In this document: one piece after another, positions 29,828 to 39,357 of the stretch
Layout: each line of letters starts with the position of its first letter
Numbering within the stretch: position 1 is the first letter of the stretch
Origin: a virus
Strand: one strand, 5' to 3'
DNA length: 64,000 nucleotides
IMG/VR virus record: IMGVR_UViG_3300030390_000715
Location: 1 to 64,000 of that record
Notes under the pieces: model-generated
What the model saw: only the letters and a program-made list of their open reading frames with translations
What the model was told of the DNA's origin: nothing
Databases searched by the model: none
Made by a program: the position numbers and the translations under genes

Positions 29828-31204
29828 ATGAAAATAGATTTAGAACAAACTATATTAAGAAACTTGTTGACGAATGAACCTTATTTACGTAAGGTCATTC
29901 CTCATCTGAAAAGAGAATACTTCGAAGGTGTGTACGCTCTATTGTTCTCTGAAGTTACCCAATTTGTAGCCAAGTATAATAAGCTTCCTACGATTGAATC
30001 GTTCAAGATAGAGATAGACGAATCCGAGAAGTTCAACGAACAGAATTATCTACATGCAATTGATATTATGCCCACTATCTTTCAGTATTCTGAGGAGAAC
30101 GAAGAGTGGTTGTTAGATAAGACTGAGAAGTGGTGCCAAGATCGAGCAGTATATCTTGCTATCATGGAATCGATTCAAGTGATCGACGGTAAGCACGATC
30201 TGTATACAAAAGATGCGTTACCTGAGATTCTACAGAATGCGCTTGCAGTATGTTTTGATAACAATGTAGGTCATGATTATCTAGAAGATATTGATGAACG
30301 ATACAGATTTTATCATGAGCAAGAAGAGCGCATTCCGTTTGATCTTGATCTGTTCAATAAGATCACGAAGGGTGGATTACCTAACAAAACTTTGAATATA
30401 TGTCTTGCAGGTACTGGAGTCGGTAAGTCGCTATTTATGTGTCATATGGCAGCCGCCGCATTAGCGCAGGGAAGAAACATTCTTTATATTACAATGGAAA
30501 TGGCTGAAGAGCGAATCGCAGAACGGATAGATGCTAACTTACTTAATGTACCTATTGATCAGTTAGAGAATCTATCTCAAAAAATGTTTACCGATAGAGT
30601 TCAGAAGGTAGCATCGGGCACTACAGGCAAGATGATCATCAAGGAGTATCCTACTGGTGCGGCTCATAGCGGTCACTTTAGAGCCCTCTTGAATGAACTG
30701 AAGCTGAAGAAAAAGTTTACACCTGATGTTGTTTTTATTGATTACTTGAATATATGTTCTAGTGCTAGAATGAAGTCTATGGGTGGTGCGATTAACTCAT
30801 ATACTTATATTAAAGCAATTGCCGAAGAGTTACGAGGTCTTGCTGTAGAGTTTAATGTTCCTATTATGTCTGCAACTCAAACGACACGATCTGGATTCGG
30901 TAATTCTGATCCGGGTCTGGAAGACACTTCAGAGTCATTTGGCTTGCCTGCTACTGCTGACCTTATGTTTGCTTTAATCAGCAACGAAGACTTAGCGGGA
31001 TTAGGGCAGATCATGGTCAAGCAATTGAAGAATAGGTATAATGATGCCACAGGTGCGAACGAAAGATTTGTTATAGGAGTCGACCGATCTAAAATGAGAC
31101 TGTATGACATTGACGAGACTGAACAAACATTGACGGCTCAACCGGAGCAGGGTATGTTTGACGGTCAAAAGACTAATAAATTTAAAGATATAAAAATCAG
31201 CTAG
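29828..31204 (+). CDS. 41: Replicative helicase gp41
   Basis: AGTGVGKS, IDYLNI, SATQT, KQLKNRY. Confidence 0.95.
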   Translation: MKIDLEQTILRNLLTNEPYLRKVIPHLKREYFEGVYALLFSEVTQFVAKYNKLPTIESFKIEIDESEKFNEQNYLHAIDIMPTIFQYSEENEEWLLDKTEKWCQDRAVYLAIMESIQVIDGKHDLYTKDALPEILQNALAVCFDNNVGHDYLEDIDERYRFYHEQEERIPFDLDLFNKITKGGLPNKTLNICLAGTGVGKSLFMCHMAAAALAQGRNILYITMEMAEERIAERIDANLLNVPIDQLENLSQKMFTDRVQKVASGTTGKMIIKEYPTGAAHSGHFRALLNELKLKKKFTPDVVFIDYLNICSSARMKSMGGAINSYTYIKAIAEELRGLAVEFNVPIMSATQTTRSGFGNSDPGLEDTSESFGLPATADLMFALISNEDLAGLGQIMVKQLKNRYNDATGANERFVIGVDRSKMRLYDIDETEQTLTAQPEQGMFDGQKTNKFKDIKIS

Positions 31205-31217
31205 GAGAGCTTATACA

Positions 31218-31433
31218 ATGGAAATTCATCCAGTACATATTCACGCGATTATATCGTCCGCATTAATTATATTTTCTTATTATATAGGACATACGATTGG
31301 ATTTAAGAGTGGGGTTCGAGGTGTCATGGTGTTGATCTGCGAATTGTATAAGGCAAAAAGTATTAGAGTAGATGAAGAAACTGGCGAACTTATCGTCACC
31401 GATGAAAACGACAACGAGAGAAAGGTTAATTAA
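31218..31433 (+). CDS. Small membrane protein
   Basis: GGAG RBS; N-terminal hydrophobic helix. Confidence 0.55.
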   Translation: MEIHPVHIHAIISSALIIFSYYIGHTIGFKSGVRGVMVLICELYKAKSIRVDEETGELIVTDENDNERKVN

Positions 31434-31435
31434 TT

Positions 31436-31897
31436 ATGGCAGTAGATTACAAGTTCAACGAAAAATTATTGGTCGAAGAAATTATGGATTACATTAATTC
31501 GACATATGGTGCGCATTACGGTGCAAACGGATTGCAGTCCAGTGAGGTGATAGTAGATCGAGGTAGAGGTCTAGATTTCTTTCTAGGAAATATTGACAAG
31601 TACAATGGTAGATATGGTTCAAAAGGTGACAGTCCAGATGATTACAGAAAGGATTTAATGAAGATCGTTCACTATGGCATACTGTCATTATATGAGCATG
31701 ATCGAAGATACGAGCGAGTTCCGGTCGAAGAAGAGTCTTCGCAAACGCAACCTATTGATAATCGTCGATCAATTAATGATCCGACACCCGAAGAATGGGA
31801 CCTCGTCAACAGGAAGCAGAAAGAGCTGACACAGGAACTTATTGATAATCGATTAATTATCGAGAGATGCGAGAAAACGCAGGTGAAGATGAAGTGA
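31436..31897 (+). CDS. DUF3310/SaV-like protein
   Basis: TYGAHY, FFLGNIDKYNGRYG, DLMKIVHY. Confidence 0.6.
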   Translation: MAVDYKFNEKLLVEEIMDYINSTYGAHYGANGLQSSEVIVDRGRGLDFFLGNIDKYNGRYGSKGDSPDDYRKDLMKIVHYGILSLYEHDRRYERVPVEEESSQTQPIDNRRSINDPTPEEWDLVNRKQKELTQELIDNRLIIERCEKTQVKMK

Positions 31898-31980
31898 GAC
31901 GAACGGCTAATAATAGAAGTTTGAGTAGATCACGTTCGAGAGTTTGGTTTAATATTAATGAAAATAAAAGGGAATATGAG

Positions 31981-32226
31981 ATGGATGTAAAGAAGTTTGT
32001 AGAAGCGGCAAGAATGGGTGAAGTGACAGTAAGCTTCGAAAAGATTAATGATGGCGGGTTACGTGTTATGCCATGCACTCTAAACAGAGCTTTGAGCGGA
32101 GATAGAGTGCCCGAAGTGTATGAAATCAATGAGGAAAGTGATAACATAGCTGTTTGGTGTATTGACAAAGAAGCTTGGAGATCATTTCGAATCGATACAG
32201 TAGTTGATTGGGAGATAACAGTTTAA
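31981..32226 (+). CDS. WYL/SH3-like conserved phage protein
   Basis: VTVSFEK..G.RVMPCTL...WRSFRID. Confidence 0.65.
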   Translation: MDVKKFVEAARMGEVTVSFEKINDGGLRVMPCTLNRALSGDRVPEVYEINEESDNIAVWCIDKEAWRSFRIDTVVDWEITV

Positions 32227-32318
32227 AATTAATTTGAAATAAAGACGGGTAAGGGTTGACACTCTTACCTTTTTTCATTATAGTGGTCTAACAAATTAAT
32301 CATAGAGCGAGAAATCTC

Positions 32319-32636
32319 ATGGGCATTATGAACGGTCACCGATATACAACTAATATTACTGATACTATTACTACCTGCCCGCTAGGTGGTAAAGAAGAGC
32401 TAACGGTCGAGCGAAGATACTTTGGATTCTTAAATGGTTTCGGTGCTTCGATAATGCGCTTCAATGATGACATGCTGTGGGAATTAGCGGTACTTGAGTG
32501 TACTAGCGTCGAAAATGATGAATGGTCTATAACATACGACACTGCTATCACGGGCGATGTGATAGCACACAAAACTGACTGTGAGATCGCCAGTCTTTTA
32601 AATAAAATATCTAATTTAAAAATGAAAAAAGCTTGA
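32319..32636 (+). CDS. Hypothetical early protein
   Basis: FLNGFGAS..WELAVL..TGDV motif; promoter at ~32257. Confidence 0.65.
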   Translation: MGIMNGHRYTTNITDTITTCPLGGKEELTVERRYFGFLNGFGASIMRFNDDMLWELAVLECTSVENDEWSITYDTAITGDVIAHKTDCEIASLLNKISNLKMKKA

Positions 32637-32678
32637 CACCTTTATGGACCCTGATACAATAGTACTTCATTAACGAGA
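32626..32678 (+). repeat. Early promoter cassette, copy 1 of 3
   Basis: AAAAAGCTTGACACCTTTATGGACCCTGATACAATAGTACTTCATTAACGAGA. Confidence 0.9.
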
Positions 32679-32691
32679 GAGAGCATTTATC

Positions 32692-32916
32692 ATGAACAAC
32701 TTATTAGCTAAAGCAATCGAGTTCGCAGATAATAACTTAGTCGGCACTAGTTGCGACTACCCGAAGTTGACTGAGTATGTTGACGCGTTTCCTTGTACTA
32801 AAAAAATGAAAAATAGCATCTTGTATCAGATCGGTAGCACAAGAACTTGTGCGGTCGCTTACGATACTGACTTCGTAACCAAGTATGGTACTTTAACTAT
32901 TAAGAGTGAGAAATAG
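32692..32916 (+). CDS. Hypothetical early protein
   Basis: ORF directly after promoter copy 1. Confidence 0.6.
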   Translation: MNNLLAKAIEFADNNLVGTSCDYPKLTEYVDAFPCTKKMKNSILYQIGSTRTCAVAYDTDFVTKYGTLTIKSEK

Positions 32917-32918
32917 AC

Positions 32919-33302
32919 ATGGCATTTATAAATCAAGAGATGAAGAAGAGAATCGCCCCAGGTGTTAAGGCGGTCTTAGCCAAGTACAACATGAAAGGTA
33001 CTATGAAAATACGAGATCATATGGTTCTTTCTGTCACCATTAAGTCTGGTGAAATCGATATGATGAAGAATTGCGACTATCAGCGTGATCATATGCAAGT
33101 CAATCCGTATTGGATCGCAGACAACTTTGAGACTGTTGCCGCTTCTTTCCTTATAGAACTGAAAGCCGCGATGGAGGGACCTGAGTGGTTCGATGAAAGC
33201 GACTTTCAGACTGATTATCACCACTGTAGTCACTACTTAGAAATTAACGCTGGCACTTATAAAAAGCCATATGTTTACACTCCCGCTGAAGAAAAAGCTT
33301 GA
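32919..33302 (+). CDS. Conserved phage hypothetical protein, paralog of 34095..34514
   Basis: APGVKAVLAKYNMKGT...FDESDFQTDY. Confidence 0.7.
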   Translation: MAFINQEMKKRIAPGVKAVLAKYNMKGTMKIRDHMVLSVTIKSGEIDMMKNCDYQRDHMQVNPYWIADNFETVAASFLIELKAAMEGPEWFDESDFQTDYHHCSHYLEINAGTYKKPYVYTPAEEKA

Positions 33303-33346
33303 CACCTTTATGGACTCTGATACAATAGTACTTCATTAACGAGATA
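33287..33346 (+). repeat. Early promoter cassette, copy 2 of 3
   Basis: 60 bp identical to 34018..34077. Confidence 0.92.
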
Positions 33347-33359
33347 GAGCGAGAAGATT

Positions 33360-33674
33360 ATGAAAGACAGAATTTTTAACTACGCCAAGACGCAAGACAC
33401 CAACGTGTTTTACTTCAACCGTGTAGCCGATGCCTTCACTTCTAAGTTAGATTGGTACGACAACGATGACGTTGATATGATCGTCGTTGATGCTACTAAC
33501 ACTTCGCAAGAGACTGACAACATCTTCTCTTTCCTTTACCAAACTGAACCTAACACTGATCAAGTATGGATGCGCTTCGCCAAAGAGTATGAAGTGGCTA
33601 ATGCTGATCTGATTCTTGATCCAACTAAACCCGCTTACATTATACAGACATTATACAATACAGGTGTGAAATAA
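33360..33674 (+). CDS. Hypothetical early protein
   Basis: ORF after promoter copy 2. Confidence 0.6.
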   Translation: MKDRIFNYAKTQDTNVFYFNRVADAFTSKLDWYDNDDVDMIVVDATNTSQETDNIFSFLYQTEPNTDQVWMRFAKEYEVANADLILDPTKPAYIIQTLYNTGVK

Positions 33675-33675
33675 T

Positions 33676-33855
33676 ATGAATATTGATGAAAGCTATGATT
33701 CAAAAGAATTTATGAATGATGTTTATGATAATTTGATGAAAAACCAGCAACACAATCCGTTGGATTTTTCAAAAACTGATTTTGATTCTTGTCTTGATCT
33801 TGATGATTTAACAATCACCATCGGAAATTTTAAACTTAAATTAATGCAGGTGTGA
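33676..33855 (+). CDS. AT-rich acidic 59-aa ORF flanked by a 23-bp direct repeat
   Basis: MNIDESYDSKEF...KLMQV; CAGGTGTGAAATAATATGAATAT at 33661 and 33847. Confidence 0.55.
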   Translation: MNIDESYDSKEFMNDVYDNLMKNQQHNPLDFSKTDFDSCLDLDDLTITIGNFKLKLMQV

Positions 33856-33861
33856 AATAAT

Positions 33862-34014
33862 ATGAATATGGAAATATGGTGTGCAGAGTATTACGACCAA
33901 TTCGGTAAGAGAATAATCGAATGGAATATTAACCCAGACCGAATCGAGGCTGAGCTAGTAGCTAAGGGTATAAAGGCTGAAACGATTGATGTATATGTAA
34001 AAGACGTTTCATAA
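33862..34014 (+). CDS. Hypothetical 50-aa protein (not in ORF track)
   Basis: MNMEIWCAEYYDQFG...KDVS. Confidence 0.5.
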   Translation: MNMEIWCAEYYDQFGKRIIEWNINPDRIEAELVAKGIKAETIDVYVKDVS

Positions 34015-34017
34015 AGG

Positions 34018-34077
34018 TGAAGAAAAAGCTTGACACCTTTATGGACTCTGATACAATAGTACTTCATTAACGAGATA
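34018..34077 (+). repeat. Early promoter cassette, copy 3 of 3
   Basis: 60 bp identical to 33287..33346. Confidence 0.92.
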
Positions 34078-34094
34078 ACACAGGGAATATTGAC

Positions 34095-34514
34095 ATGGCA
34101 TATGTAAGCAAGCAAGACAAATTAGACCTTACTCCAGGCATCAAAGCTGTCCTGAAGAAATATGATGTTAAAGGTACCATATCTGTTCAGCACCACAGCA
34201 CTCTTGTTGTTAAACTTAAATCTGGTGCAGTCGATTTCAACGCTGATAATATAGTCACTGAGGACATCTTCGGCGAGCCTGACACTAGAGATTACCACGA
34301 CAATCATACTATAAACACTTATCACATAGACCGTCGCTGGAAAGGTGAAGCTAAAGCCTTCCTCTATGAACTTAAAGAAGCTATGGAAGGCGAAGCCTTC
34401 TTCAACCACGACGATAGCATGACCGACTACTTCTTTCGTTCACATTACATCGATGTTAAAGTTGGTTATAACGCTCCGTACGCATGTACTGCCGCAGACT
34501 CAATTGCGGCTTAA
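34095..34514 (+). CDS. Conserved phage hypothetical protein, paralog of 32919..33302
   Basis: TPGIKAVLKKYDVKGT...FNHDDSMTDYF. Confidence 0.7.
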   Translation: MAYVSKQDKLDLTPGIKAVLKKYDVKGTISVQHHSTLVVKLKSGAVDFNADNIVTEDIFGEPDTRDYHDNHTINTYHIDRRWKGEAKAFLYELKEAMEGEAFFNHDDSMTDYFFRSHYIDVKVGYNAPYACTAADSIAA

Positions 34515-34542
34515 TAATTAATTATATAAATGAGGAAAGATC

Positions 34543-34947
34543 ATGGGTATGATAAACGGAAGATATACGACTAGTGCGGAAGAAATTCGAGTTCTTGAGA
34601 AAGAGCTTCATATGATGCGCCTTAAATTCGATAAAATACTTTCTTTTGTGGAAGAAGAATTTCCACTAGGGCGTCCTTTTGACTATATGGGGGTGGAAAT
34701 GTGTACGACTAGTATTGATGTTACACAGCCTCGAGGTGTCAAATCCTTTAGTAGGGAAGATGCCGTGAAAGTGCATTCTGAGGCAATGTCTGGTTTAGTT
34801 GAAATTCCTGAGGTTCGACCCGCATATAATGCTGAGGGTAAGATTGTATTAAATAGCGAATATTTTAATCCAGTGACTGGACTATTCACGCCTAAGTCTT
34901 TCGGCAGTGAGCATTTCACGCCACGATTCCTTGAAAGTGATGTGTAA
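34543..34947 (+). CDS. Hypothetical protein
   Basis: GAGG RBS; N-terminus MGMINGRYTT resembles the 32319 ORF (MGIMNGHRYTT). Confidence 0.6.
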   Translation: MGMINGRYTTSAEEIRVLEKELHMMRLKFDKILSFVEEEFPLGRPFDYMGVEMCTTSIDVTQPRGVKSFSREDAVKVHSEAMSGLVEIPEVRPAYNAEGKIVLNSEYFNPVTGLFTPKSFGSEHFTPRFLESDV

Positions 34948-35099
34948 CTTATGACTAGACGAGCTAAAATAATATTAATGTTCCCGATCTTAATCACGTG
35001 GGACGCATTCTATTTTCTGATTAAACAATTAACTCGACTTTGCGATTATATAGATATTGAGGGTGCAAAGATTATCGATAAAATATTGGAGAATGGCGT

Positions 35100-35915
35100 T
35101 TGAGAAAGCAGAATATAGTAGTAGCGGGATGGGGTGCGGTGGGTCAATGCGTAGGCGAAGCCTTGCGACCGGTCGCGAACATTCTCATTGACGATCCATA
35201 TCATGACAATCCAGATTATAGATCGACTCAACCCTCTGACTTGAATGATCTTGATGCGGTAATCATATGTGTAGCCACGCCGGCGAACGTGCATAATAAT
35301 AGTTGTGATACCAGTTTTGTAGAAGAAGTTATCGAAAAGTATGGAACAAAGCCAAGGTATCTACTCAAGTCGACCATCACCCCCGATTTCTTTGCAAAAC
35401 CTTATATGCTAGATGGTGTTGAATGTAAGATTACATATAGTCCAGAATATATTCGCGGCACGACAGGTAATGATTACGTCACTGATTTTAAAAACGCGAC
35501 CTTTGCAATATACGGTGGTGGTGAGATGCGTTGGTGGGACGAGTTGTTTCGTTTAGTCCAACCCAACATTAAAGATGTTCGGTACATGACTGCGGTACAG
35601 GCTTCTTTTACTAAGTATTTTCTTAATTGCTATTTAGCCGCTAAGACCACATTCTTTAACCACATGAAAGACATAGTTGATCATATGCCCTCTATGGGCG
35701 ATCCTGACTATGACATTATTATCGATGGTCTATGTTTAGATCCTAGAGTCAGTAAGTCACATACTCAAGTACCAGGACCAGACGGTAAGAAAGGATTTGG
35801 GGGACATTGTTTCCCAAAAGATGTATCAGCGATGTCATGGATGTCGACTGATCTGGGTGTAGAGAATAACTTCCTCGACACCGTATTAAACTTTAATGAT
35901 ACTTATAGAAAATAA
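35100..35915 (+). CDS. UDP-glucose/GDP-mannose dehydrogenase-like protein
   Basis: GWGAVG, CVATP, KST, SPE, KYFLN, GFGGHCFPKD. Confidence 0.85.
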   Translation: MRKQNIVVAGWGAVGQCVGEALRPVANILIDDPYHDNPDYRSTQPSDLNDLDAVIICVATPANVHNNSCDTSFVEEVIEKYGTKPRYLLKSTITPDFFAKPYMLDGVECKITYSPEYIRGTTGNDYVTDFKNATFAIYGGGEMRWWDELFRLVQPNIKDVRYMTAVQASFTKYFLNCYLAAKTTFFNHMKDIVDHMPSMGDPDYDIIIDGLCLDPRVSKSHTQVPGPDGKKGFGGHCFPKDVSAMSWMSTDLGVENNFLDTVLNFNDTYRK

Positions 35916-35927
35916 AAAGGAAACGAT

Positions 35928-36203
35928 ATGAAAAGCGAAAGTGGTATGTACGTAACGGATTATAATGTTGTATTAAAAGAGACCGAGGTTCAAAACCAAT
36001 CATCAGGTGGTATCATTCTATCAGGTGATGTATCAACTGGCAACAAGCCCGGTATCGTGGTCGCAGTAGGTCCTGACGTATCTAATCTAGTTCCAGGTCT
36101 GAAAGTCTACCTTGATTGGAAAGAAGCGATGCCCTTTGAATATAAAGGCGTTAAGATGGCTGTAGTTGATCAAGGTGCTATCAAGGTTATTTGCGATGAA
36201 TGA
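35928..36203 (+). CDS. GroES-like co-chaperonin
   Basis: SSGGIIL, GIVVAVGP. Confidence 0.8.
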   Translation: MKSESGMYVTDYNVVLKETEVQNQSSGGIILSGDVSTGNKPGIVVAVGPDVSNLVPGLKVYLDWKEAMPFEYKGVKMAVVDQGAIKVICDE

Positions 36204-36423
36204 TGCACCCTTTGCGGCTTCATTATATAATGACGAATCTGATAATGAATCAGCTACGCGATGGCATTTAAAAATGCTCATTGAGGATCTTGATGATATG
36301 GGCATTTACATTAATGCAAACGGAGAACAATACGACGAGGATACTCCTCAATTTAAAGAGATGGCGTATATACTTCGAAGGACTCTAGAATATGTTAGTA
36401 AAACAGGAGAGGTACATATCTAA
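36196..36423 (+). CDS. Hypothetical protein
   Basis: Translationally coupled ORF. Confidence 0.5.
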   Translation: MNDAPFAASLYNDESDNESATRWHLKMLIEDLDDMGIYINANGEQYDEDTPQFKEMAYILRRTLEYVSKTGEVHI

Positions 36424-36818
36424 TGATAGGAATTATTCGTAATGCGATGAAAACACCTGACGGAACGATTCTGGAGTCCAGACATCGACATGATTTTAAA
36501 TCACATAAAGACGCGAATGGCAAAGAATATATCATCGACGGTGGACAATCATATCTTCGAAGATCCGCGTGGGACGACCAAGTAGATTTGTCTGTATCGC
36601 TTATGGATGGTCATGATAGAGTTCGAAATGCATTAGAATGGGGAACATATGGTGTTACCGGAGACATGCCTCTGACGTATCTTACCCTTAAAGATATGGA
36701 TACTGATCACATTGAAACTATTCTAGAACTTCAAAATCCAGTGGCTTCGTTTAAAGAAGCGTTTAAAAACGAGCTATCATACAGAAAGGAAACGGGTCAA
36801 TGGCAAACAGCGATTTAG
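36423..36818 (+). CDS. Conserved phage hypothetical protein
   Basis: ESRHRHDF, IDGGQSYLRR, WGTYG. Confidence 0.7.
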   Translation: MIGIIRNAMKTPDGTILESRHRHDFKSHKDANGKEYIIDGGQSYLRRSAWDDQVDLSVSLMDGHDRVRNALEWGTYGVTGDMPLTYLTLKDMDTDHIETILELQNPVASFKEAFKNELSYRKETGQWQTAI

Positions 36819-37405
36819 TAAATAAAGCCCACATGAAAGTCGCCAATGTGTATGCGCAACTTAGTACAGCAAAGAAGTTGAAAGTTGGTTGTATTATCGT
36901 TAAAGACAATCGCGTCATATCAATTGGATATAATGGTATGCCAAGTGGGTGGAGCAACGAATGTGAGGAGCCATGGACAAGAGAAGGTAATCTAGTAACA
37001 AAGCCCGAAGTTCTTCATGCCGAAGCTAATGCAATAACTAAAGTAGCACGTAGTTCTGAGTCGTGCGAAGGCGCAACACTATATTGTACTCACGCACCAT
37101 GTATAGAATGTGCCAAGTTGATCGCGCAGTCGGGTATCAAGGAAGTGTATTATGAAACTCCTTATCTAGCCTCAAAAGGTTCGGGGCTAAATTTTCTCGT
37201 AGAATGTGACATTAATGTTGTCACTATTGAGCGACCGATTATGCCTCTGAACGAGAATGCGCTTGGAATGACTAATGACTTTGACAGGCTACAGCCAACA
37301 GGCTATAATGACTTTGACAGGCTACAGCCAACAGGCTATAATGACTTTGACAGGCTACAGCCAACAGGCTACAGCCATTATAAGAATGGCATCGCCCACA
37401 AATGA
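36800..37405 (+). CDS. cd: dCMP deaminase
   Basis: GYNG, HAEANA, PCIEC; C-terminal NDFDRLQPTGY x3. Confidence 0.92.
   Translation: MANSDLVNKAHMKVANVYAQLSTAKKLKVGCIIVKDNRVISIGYNGMPSGWSNECEEPWTREGNLVTKPEVLHAEANAITKVARSSESCEGATLYCTHAPCIECAKLIAQSGIKEVYYETPYLASKGSGLNFLVECDINVVTIERPIMPLNENALGMTNDFDRLQPTGYNDFDRLQPTGYNDFDRLQPTGYSHYKNGIAHK
37274..37372 (+). repeat. 33-bp tandem repeat x3 containing two perfect sigma70 promoters
   Basis: AATGACTTTGACAGGCTACAGCCAACAGGCTAT units; TTGACA-N17-TATAAT spans the unit boundaries. Confidence 0.9.
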
Positions 37406-37411
37406 AATTGG

Positions 37412-37440
37412 TTGACATGAGCCTAGAATATCATTATAAT
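37412..37440 (+). promoter_or_regulatory. Early sigma70 promoter
   Basis: TTGACA-N17-TATAAT. Confidence 0.75.
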
Positions 37441-37523
37441 GTACTCTTACCGACCATGGAGTCGCCTATGATATTCGTAATTAACAGAGATGCAATTGCA
37501 ATGACTTTTGGTTATATCGGTGC

Positions 37524-37961
37524 ATGTTTTATGATGGTATTCTAGGTGTGATATATTTTATTGAAGGAGGTGATCCTACATACAATTCGATTATAATGGT
37601 ATCTTATGTCGATCACTTGATGAAGAAGCTCGGCATTGAATGCATTCCTGATGTAGAAGTTAATATTAATATTACTAACGAAGCACTCGACTCCACTACC
37701 GATATGGGGCACACTTGGGGCGATAGTGACGAGATGAATATCACAATCACTACCAAGAATTGTAGCATTGTAGATCGAATGTTGACACTCGCCCATGAAA
37801 TGGTTCATGTCAAGCAGTACCTTCTAGGCGAGTTATCCACTGACAATGGTTACTTAGAATGGCATGGTGAACCTGCGAAAAAGTACAAGAAAGAATCAAG
37901 ACCACCATGGGAAGTAGAAGCCTATGCGTTGGAATCAGAATTGCTTAATACCTGGCAATAA
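37524..37961 (+). CDS. Zincin-like metallopeptidase (HExxH)
   Basis: LAHEMVHVKQY...PWEVEAY. Confidence 0.7.
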   Translation: MFYDGILGVIYFIEGGDPTYNSIIMVSYVDHLMKKLGIECIPDVEVNINITNEALDSTTDMGHTWGDSDEMNITITTKNCSIVDRMLTLAHEMVHVKQYLLGELSTDNGYLEWHGEPAKKYKKESRPPWEVEAYALESELLNTWQ

Positions 37962-38015
37962 AAAGTCTTAACATGTTGTTAAGCATTGAATGTAACATTA
38001 CCAAAGGAAAAGTTT

Positions 38016-38261
38016 ATGATTAGTAGTCCCGCAGACAAGCAGAAGATCAAAGGTGCCATTAAGGAACTGTCTGATTCTATGCTCCGAACTGATGCAGAAA
38101 AAGATTTGCAAAAAGATATCATCGAAGTTACTTTCGAAGACACTGGTATCGACAAAAAGCACCTACGAAAGATCGCAACCATTTACCATAAGCAGTCTAT
38201 GAATGATGTTAAGAGCGATTACGAAGAAGTCGAAACACTATACGACCAGCTATTCTCCTAA
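38016..38261 (+). CDS. dsbA: dsDNA-binding protein DsbA (T4-type)
   Basis: IKELSDSM, KHLRKIATIYHKQ, ETLYD. Confidence 0.75.
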   Translation: MISSPADKQKIKGAIKELSDSMLRTDAEKDLQKDIIEVTFEDTGIDKKHLRKIATIYHKQSMNDVKSDYEEVETLYDQLFS

Positions 38262-38276
38262 CTATCAACACCGCGC

Positions 38277-38340
38277 GTGACCATTTCTTTTAGTCCGGTC
38301 ACTCGCGGTGCTTGACACCAAAGCTCCACTAATGTATAAT
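38277..38340 (+). promoter_or_regulatory. Palindrome GTGACC-N14-GGTCAC plus sigma70 promoter
   Basis: Same geometry as 46533..46595. Confidence 0.7.
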
Positions 38341-38370
38341 CATATCTTATTAACTCGACAGGAAATAGTT

Positions 38371-38538
38371 ATGACTGATTATACGCTAAAGAGTTGGAAT
38401 GATTTGACTTCATTAAAGAAGCGAATCACCGAAGACAAAACAAGCGAGAGTGTAGTTGAATTTACTGGATACTCTCTGATAACTAACCACTTCGTCTATA
38501 CACTATATGATGGAATATTAACAAGGGTGAAAAAATGA
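38371..38538 (+). CDS. Hypothetical protein
   Basis: ORF downstream of the promoter with AGGA RBS. Confidence 0.55.
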   Translation: MTDYTLKSWNDLTSLKKRITEDKTSESVVEFTGYSLITNHFVYTLYDGILTRVKK

Positions 38539-38723
38539 ATCTATACGAAGCAATGACTTTAGGATTTTTTATGGCTGTTGGAGTCTGTTGCGCTGTCGGC
38601 ATGGCGATGGCGTTCATCGCCTCTGGAAGGGTGCATCAACGAGAGTGGAACTTAGCTGTTCCAATGTTTGGTTTATGTTCTTCTGTGGGCGTAGTTACGT
38701 TTATGTTATCCTATGGAGCATGA
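38535..38723 (+). CDS. Small 2-TM membrane protein
   Basis: Two hydrophobic segments. Confidence 0.5.
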   Translation: MNLYEAMTLGFFMAVGVCCAVGMAMAFIASGRVHQREWNLAVPMFGLCSSVGVVTFMLSYGA

Positions 38724-38965
38724 TAATGTCAGAACGCTATAGACAGGAAACTACAGATTGGGGCACGTTAAAAATTCTCAATCACATATATATCACTGAG
38801 GGTGAGCAACTAGTCGGTTATATACCTCTCGGTGGTAAAGAGATCCGTTACAAGAAATCAAAGAAGCAATGGTCTTCTGCCAAGCGAAAGTTCCGTGATC
38901 TGACCAAGAATGAGATTGCTTACATAAAAGAAAATGGTAGCTTTATCGAAGGAGGTAAAGTATGA
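38720..38965 (+). CDS. Hypothetical protein
   Basis: QETTDW..NHIY..GYI..KRKF motif. Confidence 0.6.
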   Translation: MIMSERYRQETTDWGTLKILNHIYITEGEQLVGYIPLGGKEIRYKKSKKQWSSAKRKFRDLTKNEIAYIKENGSFIEGGKV

Positions 38966-39357
38966 TTGCTAAGTTTCTCGTAGGAATGATAGTGACACTA
39001 TGTTTGGGTCAGTGGCTACACTACACCTTTCAGTATAAGCCTTTACAAGAGGATTACGCTGAAGCTAAAAATCTTATAAGCGCACAGGCTGTTCGAGAAG
39101 CTGAACAGGTTATAACTATCAGTAAGCTCGAAGACAACCTAGCGAAAACTAGTGAAGCGTTACAAGTGCAGACTCGACGCAATTCTGAAATAGAAGCCGA
39201 GAAAGATTTATACCTCGATATTTTTCGTCGACATAAACTATCTCAACTAGCCGCGGCTAAACCTGGTCGCATTGAACCCTTATTTAACAAAGGTACTAAA
39301 GATGTATTCGATTCAATTGAAGCGAGTAGTTCTATTATTGACGCTCTTAACGATTAG
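38962..39357 (+). CDS. Inner-membrane spanin (Rz-like)
   Basis: N-terminal TM, coiled coil, AKPGRIE..NKGT; overlaps a lipoprotein gene. Confidence 0.7.
   Translation: MIAKFLVGMIVTLCLGQWLHYTFQYKPLQEDYAEAKNLISAQAVREAEQVITISKLEDNLAKTSEALQVQTRRNSEIEAEKDLYLDIFRRHKLSQLAAAKPGRIEPLFNKGTKDVFDSIEASSSIIDALND

Noticed and set aside
32626..34077. Three 53-60 bp repeats considered as a CRISPR array
   Set aside because: The intervals are 650-730 bp and contain genes, the repeats are sigma70 promoters, and no cas genes are present.
37274..37372. 33-bp repeats considered as a mini-CRISPR
   Set aside because: The units are directly tandem with no unique spacers.
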